In this document: positions 38,024-48,220 of the stretch, one piece after another
Position numbering within the stretch: the first letter of the stretch is position 1
How the letters are laid out: every line of letters starts with the position of its first letter
Origin: Bacteroidaceae bacterium
GTDB lineage: Bacteria; Bacteroidota; Bacteroidia; Bacteroidales; Bacteroidaceae
Assembly (NCBI GenBank): GCA_024680695.1
Contig: JAILBW010000033.1
Coordinates: 1,068 to 65,067, forward strand
Direction of reading: 5' to 3'
Length of the DNA: 64,000 bases
The notes under the pieces: model-generated
Database searches by the model: none
Told to the model about the DNA's origin: nothing
What the model saw: only the letters and a program-made list of their open reading frames with translations
Position numbers and translations under genes: made by a program

Positions 38024-39248
38024 AATAATGGCCCCTGTGGGGTCTCCCGAGTCGCTGGCCGCCGCACTGCGTGCCGGTGCCGACAGCATCTACTTTGGCA
38101 TCGAGCACTTAAACATGCGGGCACATTCGGCCTCGACGTTTACTATTGCCGACCTACGGCATATTGCCGAGGAGTGTCGCCGATGCGGTGTCAAAAGCTA
38201 TCTGACGGTGAACACCATCATATACGACGAGGACCTCGCGCTCATGCGACAGATTCTCGACGCAGCACGCGACGCCTGCATCTCGGCCATCATTGCCTCG
38301 GACATCGCCGTGATGCAATATTGTCGCAGCATTGGCTTGGAAGTACACCTCTCCACCCAGCTTAACATCAGCAACATCGAGGCGCTGACTTTCTATGCCC
38401 AGTTTGCCGATGTCGTTGTGTTGGCCCGCGAACTTAATCTCAAGCAGGTGGCCGAGATACACCGCGAAATTGTCCGTCGCCACATCTGTGGCCCCTCAGG
38501 TCAGTTGGTACGCATCGAGATGTTCTGCCATGGAGCACTCTGTATGGCGGTAAGCGGGAAATGCTATCTCAGTCTGGACAACACCGGACGCAGTGCCAAC
38601 CGTGGCGAGTGCATGCAGCTTTGCCGACGTACCTACACTGTGCGCGACCGCGAAACAGGCACCGAACTTGACATTGACCGCAAGTACATCATGTCGCCAC
38701 GCGACCTGAAGACTATTCGCTTCCTGGACTGCATGATGCAGGCCGGGGTGAGCGTATTCAAAATAGAGGGACGAGCACGCGGAGCAGAATATGTCGATAC
38801 CGTGGTGCGCTGTTATCGCGAAGCCATCATGGCGGTACAGGAGGGCACTTTCACCGAAGAGCGCAAAGACGAATGGGATCGGCATCTCGCCCGTGTGTTC
38901 AATCGCGGGTTTTGGGATGGCTATTATCTGGGTCAGACGATGGGCGAATGGAGCGAGGTACATGGCTCAATGGCGACTGAGCGCAAAGTCTATGTAGGTC
39001 GCGGCGTGAAATACTACAACAAGCTGGGCGTGGCAGAGTTCAAGATTGAGGCCTCACCGCTCAACGTAGGAGACCGCATTCTCATCACAGGCCCAACCAC
39101 CGGTGCCCTCGAAACCATCGTCGAGGAGATACGCTTCGATCTTCAGCCCGTCCAGACCGCCCTGCAGGGTCAGCACATCAGCATCCCGCTGCCGAAGAAG
39201 ATACGCCCCAGCGACAGGCTGTTCAAACTGGTGAAGAGTGACAAATAG
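38013..39248 (+). CDS. Peptidase U32-family protein
   Basis: The EIMAPVGS start and the E..CHGALC..SG.C.LS motif are typical of U32. Confidence 0.9.
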   Translation: MDYEIMAPVGSPESLAAALRAGADSIYFGIEHLNMRAHSASTFTIADLRHIAEECRRCGVKSYLTVNTIIYDEDLALMRQILDAARDACISAIIASDIAVMQYCRSIGLEVHLSTQLNISNIEALTFYAQFADVVVLARELNLKQVAEIHREIVRRHICGPSGQLVRIEMFCHGALCMAVSGKCYLSLDNTGRSANRGECMQLCRRTYTVRDRETGTELDIDRKYIMSPRDLKTIRFLDCMMQAGVSVFKIEGRARGAEYVDTVVRCYREAIMAVQEGTFTEERKDEWDRHLARVFNRGFWDGYYLGQTMGEWSEVHGSMATERKVYVGRGVKYYNKLGVAEFKIEASPLNVGDRILITGPTTGALETIVEEIRFDLQPVQTALQGQHISIPLPKKIRPSDRLFKLVKSDK

Positions 39249-39309
39249 ACGTTGCCAAACAAGGCAGTCTCAGCACAAAAGGTATTATTCACTAACTAAT
39301 TTATACACA

Positions 39310-40407
39310 ATGAAATCAAAAAGACTTTCTTTCTTAGCATTGATTGCATGGGCTGTAATGACATCGGCTCAGACGCCGAAAGATGTAAAGTACACTTTCA
39401 CAGAGGCCGCAGACCTCACGCTCATCGGTCGACTATTCACGGACAACCCCATTCCGTACCACCGTGTGGACACCACACGTTTCAAGGGCTTCACGGCGAG
39501 CGAGAACTTCCAGGTGCGACAGGGAGCAGGCATCGCTTGCGTCTTCCGTACCAATTCCACGGTAATCTCCGTGCAGACGCAGTATGGACAGTTGAACTAT
39601 CCCTCAAACACGATGGGACTTGCTGCTCGCGGATACGACCTGTACATCCGTAAGAATGGGAAATGGCTATGGGCCTCCAATGGTGTGGCAAGCGACAAGG
39701 CACTGGATGGCAATGTCGTGATTATCCGTGACATGGACAATACGGAAAAGGAGTGCCTGCTCTACCTGCCCATGCTCAGTGAAGTGAAGGGCATGAAGAT
39801 CGGCGTGCAGGAAGGAGCCACCCTAGAGGCTATTGAGAATCCCTTCCGTCACCGTATCGTATTCTTTGGCAGTAGCTTCACTCACGGTGTAAGTATCTCT
39901 CGCGCCGGTATGAGCTACCCCCTGCAGCTGGAGCGTGCCACAGGCCTGCACATCGTGAGCTTGGGTTGCTCGGGCAACTGCAAGCTGCAGCCCTACTTCT
40001 GCGACGTATTATGTGCCACCCAGGCCGATGCCTTTGTCTTCGACTCATTCTCGAATCCCAGCATTCCCGAGATTGAATCGCGCCTATTCCCCTTCATCGA
40101 GAAGTTGCAGAAGGCCCATCCCGGCAAACCGCTCATCTTCCAGCGCACAATCTACCGTGAGCGTCGTAATTTCAACAAAGCAGCGGAGAAGGCTGAGCGC
40201 GACCGTCAAGACCGCGCCGAGGAACTGATGAAGGAAGCCTGCAAGCGATACAAGGACGTATATTACATCGACGTGACCAACGCCACCTCGCCCACCCACG
40301 AAACTAGCGTGGACGGTGTACATCCCAGCGACTATGGTTATACACTTTGGGCTGAGTCGCTGCGCAAGCCGCTGCTGAAGATCCTCCGCAAGTATGGCAT
40401 CCGATAG
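39310..40407 (+). CDS. SGNH/GDSL-type hydrolase, secreted
   Basis: Signal peptide, FFGSSFTHG (block I Ser), and DGVHPSD (block V). Confidence 0.7.
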   Translation: MKSKRLSFLALIAWAVMTSAQTPKDVKYTFTEAADLTLIGRLFTDNPIPYHRVDTTRFKGFTASENFQVRQGAGIACVFRTNSTVISVQTQYGQLNYPSNTMGLAARGYDLYIRKNGKWLWASNGVASDKALDGNVVIIRDMDNTEKECLLYLPMLSEVKGMKIGVQEGATLEAIENPFRHRIVFFGSSFTHGVSISRAGMSYPLQLERATGLHIVSLGCSGNCKLQPYFCDVLCATQADAFVFDSFSNPSIPEIESRLFPFIEKLQKAHPGKPLIFQRTIYRERRNFNKAAEKAERDRQDRAEELMKEACKRYKDVYYIDVTNATSPTHETSVDGVHPSDYGYTLWAESLRKPLLKILRKYGIR

Positions 40408-41389
40408 CCATCGGCTTGGCACAAAAGGCAGGCGATGGGTACTTGCGGTGTGCGGACTGTGTTTCAGCATCATGTTTTTCGCCCGCACCTATCGTCTGCG
40501 CCATTGGCATGTTGCTCCAGGCAACTACAGCGGTATCACCTCCTTGGACGATGTGCACTATGCTGTAGTGTCGGACAAGGACTCCTTGGCCGGATTCCAT
40601 GTATGGGCTATCCATATCGATTCTCGAACGGGCCGCATCACTTCCTTTCAGGACGAAGGCTTCTGCGGCACACCCTATCCAATCAGGCGCGATGCTGAGG
40701 GAGTGGCCTTTTGCCCAGACAGACATTCAGTCTTCATCTGCGGCGAGGCAGACCAACGTATTTTGGAACATTGCCTTGATGGTACGCTCACCGGCCGCGA
40801 ACTGGATGTGCCCGAGATTCTTGGTCAGCCGCACATTTTCCCAAACCGAGGATTTGAGGCGCTTTGCTATGACAGTTTGCACCAACTCTTCTGGACATGC
40901 ACCGAGTCGCCCCTGCCCACCGATTCAGCCCGCACGCTCCGACTCATCAGCTTCGGCTCAGACATGCAGCCAATGGCCTCCTTTCGGTACATCTTGGATC
41001 CGGAACAAGCGCAAGATCATGGACGAGACCATTATCACGGTGTAGTGGCGATGACCCCATTGCGCGACGGAAGCTTGCTTGTGCTCGAGCGCGAGGCACG
41101 CATCGCCCCTCATTATAGCGGCAGCCGATGCTACAACCGATTGTTCCACTTCGTGCCGACCACAGGCGAGAAACAGCTCTTGGATTCGTGGCAGACGCGT
41201 TTCACACTGCTGAACACGCGTTTCGCCAACTACGAAGGAATGTGCCTCGGACCTCGGCTGAACGACGGTCGACAGGCGGTACTCCTCATCTCCGACTCGC
41301 AAGGAGCCTATTCTCGCGGCCCATGGAGGCTCAAGGACTATATACAAATCCGCTTCCTAAATGATAAAGATTATTCAATCTCGAAATAG
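40394..41389 (+). CDS. Esterase-like-activity-of-phytase family protein
   Basis: NRGFEAL, LLVLERE and NYEGMCLGP blocks resemble the phytase-like domain family. Start is uncertain. Confidence 0.55.
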   Translation: MASDSHRLGTKGRRWVLAVCGLCFSIMFFARTYRLRHWHVAPGNYSGITSLDDVHYAVVSDKDSLAGFHVWAIHIDSRTGRITSFQDEGFCGTPYPIRRDAEGVAFCPDRHSVFICGEADQRILEHCLDGTLTGRELDVPEILGQPHIFPNRGFEALCYDSLHQLFWTCTESPLPTDSARTLRLISFGSDMQPMASFRYILDPEQAQDHGRDHYHGVVAMTPLRDGSLLVLEREARIAPHYSGSRCYNRLFHFVPTTGEKQLLDSWQTRFTLLNTRFANYEGMCLGPRLNDGRQAVLLISDSQGAYSRGPWRLKDYIQIRFLNDKDYSISK

Positions 41390-41426
41390 AGTGCGCCAAG
41401 GAGTTGCATATATGAGAAAAAGTTAC

Positions 41427-41434
41427 TACCTTTG
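41427..41434 (+). promoter_or_regulatory. -7 promoter element TACCTTTG
   Basis: 28 nt upstream of ATG 41462. Confidence 0.55.
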
Positions 41435-41461
41435 CCTGCAAATTTGACAGGCTTTTCTTGC

Positions 41462-42409
41462 ATGAAGTCAATGAAACTGAACAGTCCGTTGCAGCAGACC
41501 CTCCAGCAGACCGTCTCGGAGCTTTCCCGGACATCCTCCCTCTATGGTCTCTGCCATGAGTGCGACGACGGAGCGCCCCTGCCTTCGGGGCCTGTATTGG
41601 CGGAGATTGTTGAACTCTGCCGTGAGATTCTCTTTCCTGGTTTTTACGGAAAGTCGAATATCAGCAGCCAGACACTTGTCTATCATATCGGCGTCTGTGT
41701 CGAACGTCTGCATGGTCTGCTGGCCGGACAGATTCAGGCAGCCCGTTGCCTGCCCTCGTATTGCAGCAATACCACTCCGCAAACCGATGCCGGTGAGGTA
41801 GCCGTTGCGTTCATCGGACGATTGCCCGCCTTGCGCGCCGTACTGGCTACGGATGTCGAGGCCACGTTTAATGGCGACCCTGCTGCCGAGTCCATCGGCG
41901 AGATTATCAGTTGCTACCCTGTCATAAAGGCCATCACCAACTACCGCATTGCCCACGAACTGCTCCTGCTGGGAGTGCCACTCATTCCCCGCATCATCAC
42001 CGAAATGGCTCATAGCGAGACGGGTATTGACATCCACCCCGCAGCCACCATCGGCTCCCATTTCACCATAGACCATGGGACTGGCGTCGTCATCGGTGCC
42101 ACTTGCATCATCGGCAACAATGTAAAGCTGTATCAGGGTGTAACACTCGGAGCCAAGAGCTTCCCACTCGACGAAAAGGGAAATCCCATCAAGGGCATTC
42201 CTCGCCATCCCATCCTCGAGGACAATGTAATTGTCTATAGCAATGCCACCGTGCTGGGACGCATCACAATAGCCCGCGACTCGGTGATTGGAGGCAACGT
42301 ATGGGTAACAGAAAGTACCAAGCCCGGCGAACAGATTCTGCAGGGAAAAAAGATACGGAGCTACGCAAAAGAATCATTAGTAAAACCAGAAGACTATGGC
42401 GGACTTTGA
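41462..42409 (+). CDS. cysE: Serine O-acetyltransferase (long form)
   Basis: ETGIDIHPAATIG..FTIDHGTGVVIG hexapeptide-repeat core. Confidence 0.85.
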   Translation: MKSMKLNSPLQQTLQQTVSELSRTSSLYGLCHECDDGAPLPSGPVLAEIVELCREILFPGFYGKSNISSQTLVYHIGVCVERLHGLLAGQIQAARCLPSYCSNTTPQTDAGEVAVAFIGRLPALRAVLATDVEATFNGDPAAESIGEIISCYPVIKAITNYRIAHELLLLGVPLIPRIITEMAHSETGIDIHPAATIGSHFTIDHGTGVVIGATCIIGNNVKLYQGVTLGAKSFPLDEKGNPIKGIPRHPILEDNVIVYSNATVLGRITIARDSVIGGNVWVTESTKPGEQILQGKKIRSYAKESLVKPEDYGGL

Positions 42410-43985
42410 AATGATAGCCAAGACTTTCCAGGGCTTGGAGAGCGTATTGGCACAGGAACTGAGGGAACTCGGCGCAGGCAATGTGCAGATGGGGCATCGC
42501 ATGGTGTCCTTCACGGGCGACCAAGAGATGCTATACCGTGCCAATTTCTGTCTGCGCACGGCAATTCGAATCCTGAAACCCATTAAACACTTCCGGGCGA
42601 CGACGGCCGACGAGGTGTACGACGCTGTCAAGGCTATTGATTGGAGCGACTACCTCTCTCTCGACACGTCGTTTGCCGTGGACAGCGTGGTGTTCAGCAC
42701 AGAGTTCCGGCACAGCAAGTTCGTGGCCTACAAAGTGAAGGACGCCATCGTCGATCAGTTCCGCGAACAGACGGGCGAGCGTCCAAATATCCACATTACA
42801 AACCCCGACATCCAGCTCCATATTCACATCGCTGAATACGACTGCACGCTTAGCCTCGACAGCAGCGGCGAAAGCCTCCATCGTCGGGGATACCGTCAGG
42901 AGAGCGTAGAAGCACCCCTGAACGAAGTGCTTGCTGCAGGCATCATCCTGATGACGGGCTGGCGAGGCGAATGCGACTTCATCGACCCGATGTGTGGCAG
43001 CGGCACGCTCCCCATCGAGGCGGCACTCATCGCCCGCGGCATCTATCCCGGCATCTATCGTAAGGAATACGCCTTCGAGAAGTGGCGCGACTTCGACCGC
43101 GAGCTCTTTGACAGCATCTATGAGGACGACTCGCACGAACGTCCCTTCGACCATCACATCTACGGATACGACATCAATCGCGGTGCAGTGGCCATCGCCA
43201 CGAACAATGTCAAGGCTGCCGGACTGAGCCGGGAAATCACCATCGAGCAGCGCGACATCGCCGACTTCGTGCAGCCCGAGCAACGCGCAATACTCGTCAC
43301 CAACCCGCCCTACGGCGAACGCATCTCGACCCCCGACCTGCTCGGCCTTTACAAGACCATCGGCGAGCGGCTGAAGCACCAGTTCGTGGGCAACGATGCT
43401 TGGGTGCTGAGCTATCGGGAGGAATGCTTCGACAAGATCGGACTGAAGCCGTCGCTGCGCGTTCCGCTCTTCAACGGGTCGCTCGAATGCGAACTGCGCA
43501 AGTATCAGATGTTCACCGGAAAATTCAACGAAATGCGCGCCGACGGCCACGACATCAAGACCGCGCAGGAGCGTCGCCTGATGGCCGACCACAAGCGCTT
43601 CAAACAACACCGAGAGTTCCGTGAGCGGCTCGACGACAGTCCCGAGTTACGCTTGCGCGACCGCCACGAGGAACGTCGCAATGCCTTCTCCCGTCGTGAT
43701 GCAGGCGACGGCGAGTATCGCCAACGATTCACCGAACGCTCCGACCAGCCACCACGCCGACCTTCGAGCCGCAACCCCTTTGCTCCGCACGATGACTCCG
43801 ACCGCCATCCTCGCCGCTCCGACCGCTTCGAGGAGCGACGCACCAGCCGCCGCGACGACGATCGCAGTCGGCGACCCTTCAGGGATGAATCGCGCAGCTA
43901 CGGACATCCAAGACAGAACCGCCACGACCAGGGACGGCCGGGGCGTAAGAACTATGGACAAGATTATGGGAACGACGAAGATTAG
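42396..43985 (+). CDS. THUMP-domain class-I SAM-dependent RNA methyltransferase with an Arg/Asp/Glu-rich C-terminal tail
   Basis: DPMCGSGT SAM motif, NPPYGER catalytic motif, and a roughly 130-aa low-complexity tail. Confidence 0.85.
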   Translation: MADFEMIAKTFQGLESVLAQELRELGAGNVQMGHRMVSFTGDQEMLYRANFCLRTAIRILKPIKHFRATTADEVYDAVKAIDWSDYLSLDTSFAVDSVVFSTEFRHSKFVAYKVKDAIVDQFREQTGERPNIHITNPDIQLHIHIAEYDCTLSLDSSGESLHRRGYRQESVEAPLNEVLAAGIILMTGWRGECDFIDPMCGSGTLPIEAALIARGIYPGIYRKEYAFEKWRDFDRELFDSIYEDDSHERPFDHHIYGYDINRGAVAIATNNVKAAGLSREITIEQRDIADFVQPEQRAILVTNPPYGERISTPDLLGLYKTIGERLKHQFVGNDAWVLSYREECFDKIGLKPSLRVPLFNGSLECELRKYQMFTGKFNEMRADGHDIKTAQERRLMADHKRFKQHREFRERLDDSPELRLRDRHEERRNAFSRRDAGDGEYRQRFTERSDQPPRRPSSRNPFAPHDDSDRHPRRSDRFEERRTSRRDDDRSRRPFRDESRSYGHPRQNRHDQGRPGRKNYGQDYGNDED

Positions 43986-46179
43986 ACTGATTGCAGCCAT
44001 CATGCTCATGGCCATCACGACGATGAATGCCCAAAAGCGCTTCACACTGAACGACCTTTTGGGAGGCGGCGACACCTTTTGGCAACTTCAGCCTGAGAAC
44101 CGATACACACAATGGTGGGGCAACACGCCCGTCGAGACCACACCCGACGAGGTGAAACACCTCCTGACAGGCGAGACGCTCTTCACCGTCGCCCAACTAA
44201 ACGAATGGGCCGGGGAGACACTTGTCCGCAACGGTCACAACGTCTCGTTTCCCTACGCCACTTTGCCACTCGTCCTCTGCCATACCCCTGCGAAGCGCGC
44301 ACTCATCGACTTCCGCGCCCATCGCCTGGCATGGTCGCAGATGGTCCCAGACGGTGCACAACATCAGGACTGGCACAGCACCAGCCGTCATCTTGCCTAC
44401 ACCCTCGGCGGAAACCTCTACATCATGACAGCCGACGGCCAGCAGTTGCAACTGACCACCGACGGCAGCACCGACGGCTCCGACAACATAGTCTATGGAC
44501 AAAGCGTCCATCGCAATGAGTTCGGCATCGAGAAGGGCACCTTCTGGAGCCCTGACGGCCAGCGTCTGGCCTTCTACCGCATGGACCAGAGCATGGTGCC
44601 TAGCTATCCGCAGGTCGATCTCACCCAGCGCATTGCTCAGCCCTACGCCGACCATTATCCAATGGCTGGCGAGAAGAGCCATCAGGTCCGGGTGGGTATC
44701 TATGATGTCGCCAGCCGCCAGATCGTCTGGCTTGACCTTGCAGGCGACCCCGAGGACTACCACACCAATCTCTCCTGGGCACCCGATGGCCGCACTCTCT
44801 ACATCTTCGAACTAAACCGCGCCCAGCGCTCCATGCGCCTCTTCGCCTACGATGCCGTCTCGGGACAACGCTCTGCGCAACCCCTGCTTTGCGAGACGCA
44901 CCCCAAGTACGTCGAACCCCTCCACGGCCTCACCTTCCTCCCATGGGACACCACGAAAGCCGTCATGCAGAGTCGTCGCGACGGTTTCAGCCACCTCTAC
45001 CTCGTCGATTTCTCCACGTCCGTCTATCCCGAGCTCCGCGATGCTGAAGGCGGCGGGCAGGCGCGCGATGCAGTCCGGGTTTCCTGTCTCACCCCCGGGC
45101 ACTTCGAGGTGCAGAGTTTCGAGGGCTTCAACGAGAAGACCCGCAGCCTCATCTATCGCAGCAACGAGAGCGACCCGCGGCGCAGCTGTCTCTACAGCCT
45201 TCGCCTGAAGAACGGCAAGCGCACCCTCATCGGCGCCGAGGATGGTGTTCACCAAGCTTTGCTTTGCAGCGATGGTACGCAGGTCATCGACCGCTACAGC
45301 AGTCCCACGGTGCCCCGCAGCATCAACCTGTTGGACACATCGACCGGCAAGGGACAGAACATCCTCACCGCTGCAGACCCTTGGAAGGAAAAGGGCTACG
45401 ACATCCCCGAGATTACGAGCGGCACCATCAAGGCGGCCGACGGACAGACCGACCTCTACTACCGCATGGTGAAACCCATCGGCTTCTCCCCCTCTCAGCG
45501 CTATCCGACGGTGGTCTACGTCTATGGCGGTCCCCATGCCCACAACGTCGATGCGCGCTGGCACTGGGCCTTGCGCGGCTGGGAAGCCTATATGGCGCAA
45601 CTAGGCTACCTCGTCTTCGTGCTCGACAACCGTGGCAGCGAATGGCGCGGACTCGCCTTCGAGCAGGCCACCTACAAGCGGCTCGGCGAGGTCGAGATGC
45701 AGGATCAGCTCGAGGGTGTCCGTTTCCTCAAGAGTCTGCCCTTTGTGGATGCCGAACGGATGGGCGTACACGGATGGAGCTTCGGAGGCTTCATGACCAC
45801 CAGCCTGATGTGCACCTACCCCGACGTCTTCCGAGTGGGCGTAGCCGGAGGACCCGTCATCGACTGGAAGTACTACGAAGTGATGTACGGCGAGCGCTAC
45901 ATGAGCACACCGCAAGAGAACCCCGAGGGTTACGCCTCCACCAGCCTGCTGGACAAGGCCGGCAACCTAAAGGGACGCCTGCAGATTATCTTTGGCTACA
46001 ACGACCCCACCTGCGTCCCTCAGCACACTCTCTCCTTCGTCCGTGCCTGCATCGATGCCGGCACACAACCCGACCTCTTCACCTACCCAGGTGATGGTCA
46101 CAACATGGGCGGACGCGACCAAATCCATCTGCACGAACGTATTACGCAGTATTTTGAAGAGCACCTGAAGGGCCAATGA
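43954..46179 (+). CDS. Dipeptidyl-peptidase IV (S9B family serine peptidase)
   Basis: Signal peptide, beta-propeller region, and GWSFGGFMT nucleophile motif. Alternative start at 43966. Confidence 0.9.
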   Translation: MDKIMGTTKIRLIAAIMLMAITTMNAQKRFTLNDLLGGGDTFWQLQPENRYTQWWGNTPVETTPDEVKHLLTGETLFTVAQLNEWAGETLVRNGHNVSFPYATLPLVLCHTPAKRALIDFRAHRLAWSQMVPDGAQHQDWHSTSRHLAYTLGGNLYIMTADGQQLQLTTDGSTDGSDNIVYGQSVHRNEFGIEKGTFWSPDGQRLAFYRMDQSMVPSYPQVDLTQRIAQPYADHYPMAGEKSHQVRVGIYDVASRQIVWLDLAGDPEDYHTNLSWAPDGRTLYIFELNRAQRSMRLFAYDAVSGQRSAQPLLCETHPKYVEPLHGLTFLPWDTTKAVMQSRRDGFSHLYLVDFSTSVYPELRDAEGGGQARDAVRVSCLTPGHFEVQSFEGFNEKTRSLIYRSNESDPRRSCLYSLRLKNGKRTLIGAEDGVHQALLCSDGTQVIDRYSSPTVPRSINLLDTSTGKGQNILTAADPWKEKGYDIPEITSGTIKAADGQTDLYYRMVKPIGFSPSQRYPTVVYVYGGPHAHNVDARWHWALRGWEAYMAQLGYLVFVLDNRGSEWRGLAFEQATYKRLGEVEMQDQLEGVRFLKSLPFVDAERMGVHGWSFGGFMTTSLMCTYPDVFRVGVAGGPVIDWKYYEVMYGERYMSTPQENPEGYASTSLLDKAGNLKGRLQIIFGYNDPTCVPQHTLSFVRACIDAGTQPDLFTYPGDGHNMGGRDQIHLHERITQYFEEHLKGQ

Positions 46180-46180
46180 A

Positions 46181-46424
46181 CATTCTTGGACAAGCCAAGC
46201 GGCAGAGCCGAGCGGACCGTTTGCACTGGTGGCGAGTTCGCTCAGCTATGCCGCCACTACTCGTTGAAAAACTGGTGTCGAAGCGCTCGGCTTTGCCGCT
46301 TGCTACCGCAGGGACGCAAGAACCGCTAACCATTGAACATTTGCGCTCGGATCTGCCGCTTCGCCTTTAGTGCGAAGAACCCTTGAACATTTGAACATTT
46401 GAACTCTTGAACATTTGAACCCTT
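46181..46424 (+). repeat. Mosaic REP-like element: several CGCTCRG-N-TGCCGC + hairpin modules ending in six GAACNYTT octamers
   Basis: 46284-46327 is near-identical to 48040-48083. 46345-46376 is the inverted copy of 18811-18850. Octamers span 46377-46424. Confidence 0.9.
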
Positions 46425-46695
46425 TTTTATGACAAACGACGAACGCTGGAACAGTCAATATGTACGACTGATGATATTCATGACACGACAGGCACGACGC
46501 CCGTCGAAGTACTATCCCAAAGAACGCTCCATGTTCGAATGGTTCAGGCAAAACCGCCGCCTGTTCCAGCGCGGGCAAATGTCGGCCGGCCGTGCAGAGC
46601 GCTTCCGCCCGCTAATGGAGAAAGCCGAGAAACTGACGCACACTAATCAGCATAGCTATAGCACCGGGGCACAGGATCTTATGCGGGAAAATGCG

Positions 46696-48000
46696 ATGCA
46701 CTGCATCCTCCTTCTGGGAAGCGGAGGCCGCGAGCATGCACTGGCATGGAAAATCGCGCAGTCTCCCCGCGTCCGCCGCCTGTTCATCGCACCAGGCAAC
46801 GCCGGCACCAACCAGGTAGGGTTCAACGTACCGCTTCGCGTCGATGATTTCGGTGGCATTCGCTGGTTTGTACTGAAGAACCATGTCACCATGGTCGTGG
46901 TCGGCCCCGAGGATCCGCTCGTCCAAGGCATCAGCGACTACTTCCGCAACGATGCCCTGCTGTGCCACATCCCCGTCATCGGGCCCAGCAAGCAGGGTGC
47001 ACTCCTCGAGGGCAGCAAGGACTTTGCCAAGATGTTCATGCAGCGCCACGACATTCCCACCGCCTCCTACAAGACCTTCTCCCGCGACACACTGGCCGAG
47101 GGCATCGCCCATCTGCGCACCCTGCAGCCACCCTATGTGCTGAAGGCCGACGGCCTCTGTGCCGGCAAAGGCGTACTCATCCTGCCCTCCCTCTCACAGG
47201 CCGAGAAAGAGCTGGAGGAGATGCTTGGCGGCATGTTCGGTGCGGCAAGCGACCGGGTGGTCATCGAGGAATTCCTGAGCGGTGTGGAGTGCTCAGTCTT
47301 CGTCCTCACCGACGGACACGACTACGTCATCCTGCCCGAAGCCAAGGACTACAAGCGCATTGGCGAGGGCGACACCGGCCCCAACACCGGCGGAATGGGC
47401 AGCGTGAGCCCCGTCCCGTTTGCCGACGCAGCTTGGATGGACAAGGTCGAACAGCGCATCATCCGCCCCACCATCAATGGACTGGCAAGCGAGGGCATCG
47501 ACTATCGCGGCTTCATCTTCTTCGGCCTCATCAATGTGGACGGCGACCCGAAGGTCATCGAATACAATGCCCGCATGGGCGACCCCGAGACCGAGAGCGT
47601 CATGCTCCGCATCAAGAGCGACCTCGTCGATCTGCTCGAAGGTGTAGCCACCCAGACGCTGGCCACCCGCCACATCGAGATAGACAGCCGCGCCGCAGTC
47701 AGCGTAATGCTCGTCAGCGGCGGCTACCCCGGCAAATACGAGAAGGGCTTCCCCATCACCGGCCTCGACGACATCACCGACAGCATCGTCTTCCACGCCG
47801 GCACCACGACGACCGACGACTCGCAGGTCGTCACCAACGGCGGCCGCGTACTGGCCGTTTCCAGCTACGGCACCACCATGGAGGAAGCCCTGACGACAAG
47901 TTTCCGCAACGCACAGAAGATCCAGTTCTCCCAGAAATACTTCCGTCGCGACATCGGGCAAGACTTGAAAAAGCCTCTCCCTCCAACCACTTCCCAATAG
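46696..48000 (+). CDS. purD: Phosphoribosylamine--glycine ligase
   Basis: The [19 protein letters not shown] start is typical of PurD, with an ATP-grasp core. The ORF is open in frame from ATG 46429 (see findings). Confidence 0.9.
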   Translation: MHCILLLGSGGREHALAWKIAQSPRVRRLFIAPGNAGTNQVGFNVPLRVDDFGGIRWFVLKNHVTMVVVGPEDPLVQGISDYFRNDALLCHIPVIGPSKQGALLEGSKDFAKMFMQRHDIPTASYKTFSRDTLAEGIAHLRTLQPPYVLKADGLCAGKGVLILPSLSQAEKELEEMLGGMFGAASDRVVIEEFLSGVECSVFVLTDGHDYVILPEAKDYKRIGEGDTGPNTGGMGSVSPVPFADAAWMDKVEQRIIRPTINGLASEGIDYRGFIFFGLINVDGDPKVIEYNARMGDPETESVMLRIKSDLVDLLEGVATQTLATRHIEIDSRAAVSVMLVSGGYPGKYEKGFPITGLDDITDSIVFHAGTTTTDDSQVVTNGGRVLAVSSYGTTMEEALTTSFRNAQKIQFSQKYFRRDIGQDLKKPLPPTTSQ

Positions 48001-48170
48001 GGAGGGGAGCACTGGCAGCAGGCTTTCTCGCTAACCGCTCGCTCAGCTTTGCCGCTTGCTACCGAAGGGACGCAAGAACCGCTCGCTCGGCTATGCCGCT
48101 TCTGCTCGTTGAAAACGAGTGTTGAAGAAACGCTAACCGTCTTTAACCTTTACAGAACATTTGAACATTT
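48001..48170 (+). repeat. Mosaic REP-like element, second copy, flanking purD on the 3' side
   Basis: Shares the CGCTCAGCTTTGCCGCTTGCTACCGAAGGGACGCAAGAACCGCT module and the CTCGTTGAAAACGAG hairpin. Ends in 2 x GAACATTT (48155-48170). Confidence 0.85.
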
Positions 48171-48220
48171 GCGTTAACCACTCCTCCGCGCTGCCCGTCT
48201 GCATCGTCCTCTCCTCCATT

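Noticed and set aside
43621-43953. A 111-codon N-terminal extension of the DPP-IV ORF (852-aa version).
   Set aside because: It overlaps the methyltransferase tail in another frame and is Ala/Thr/Pro-rich with no signal peptide. A canonical signal peptide begins at M 43954/43966. Similar over-extended ORF starts were trimmed at 33302, 33078, 35498, 36429, 39238, 41432, 18822, 11758 and 62277; several of these use GTG/TTG in the supplied track.
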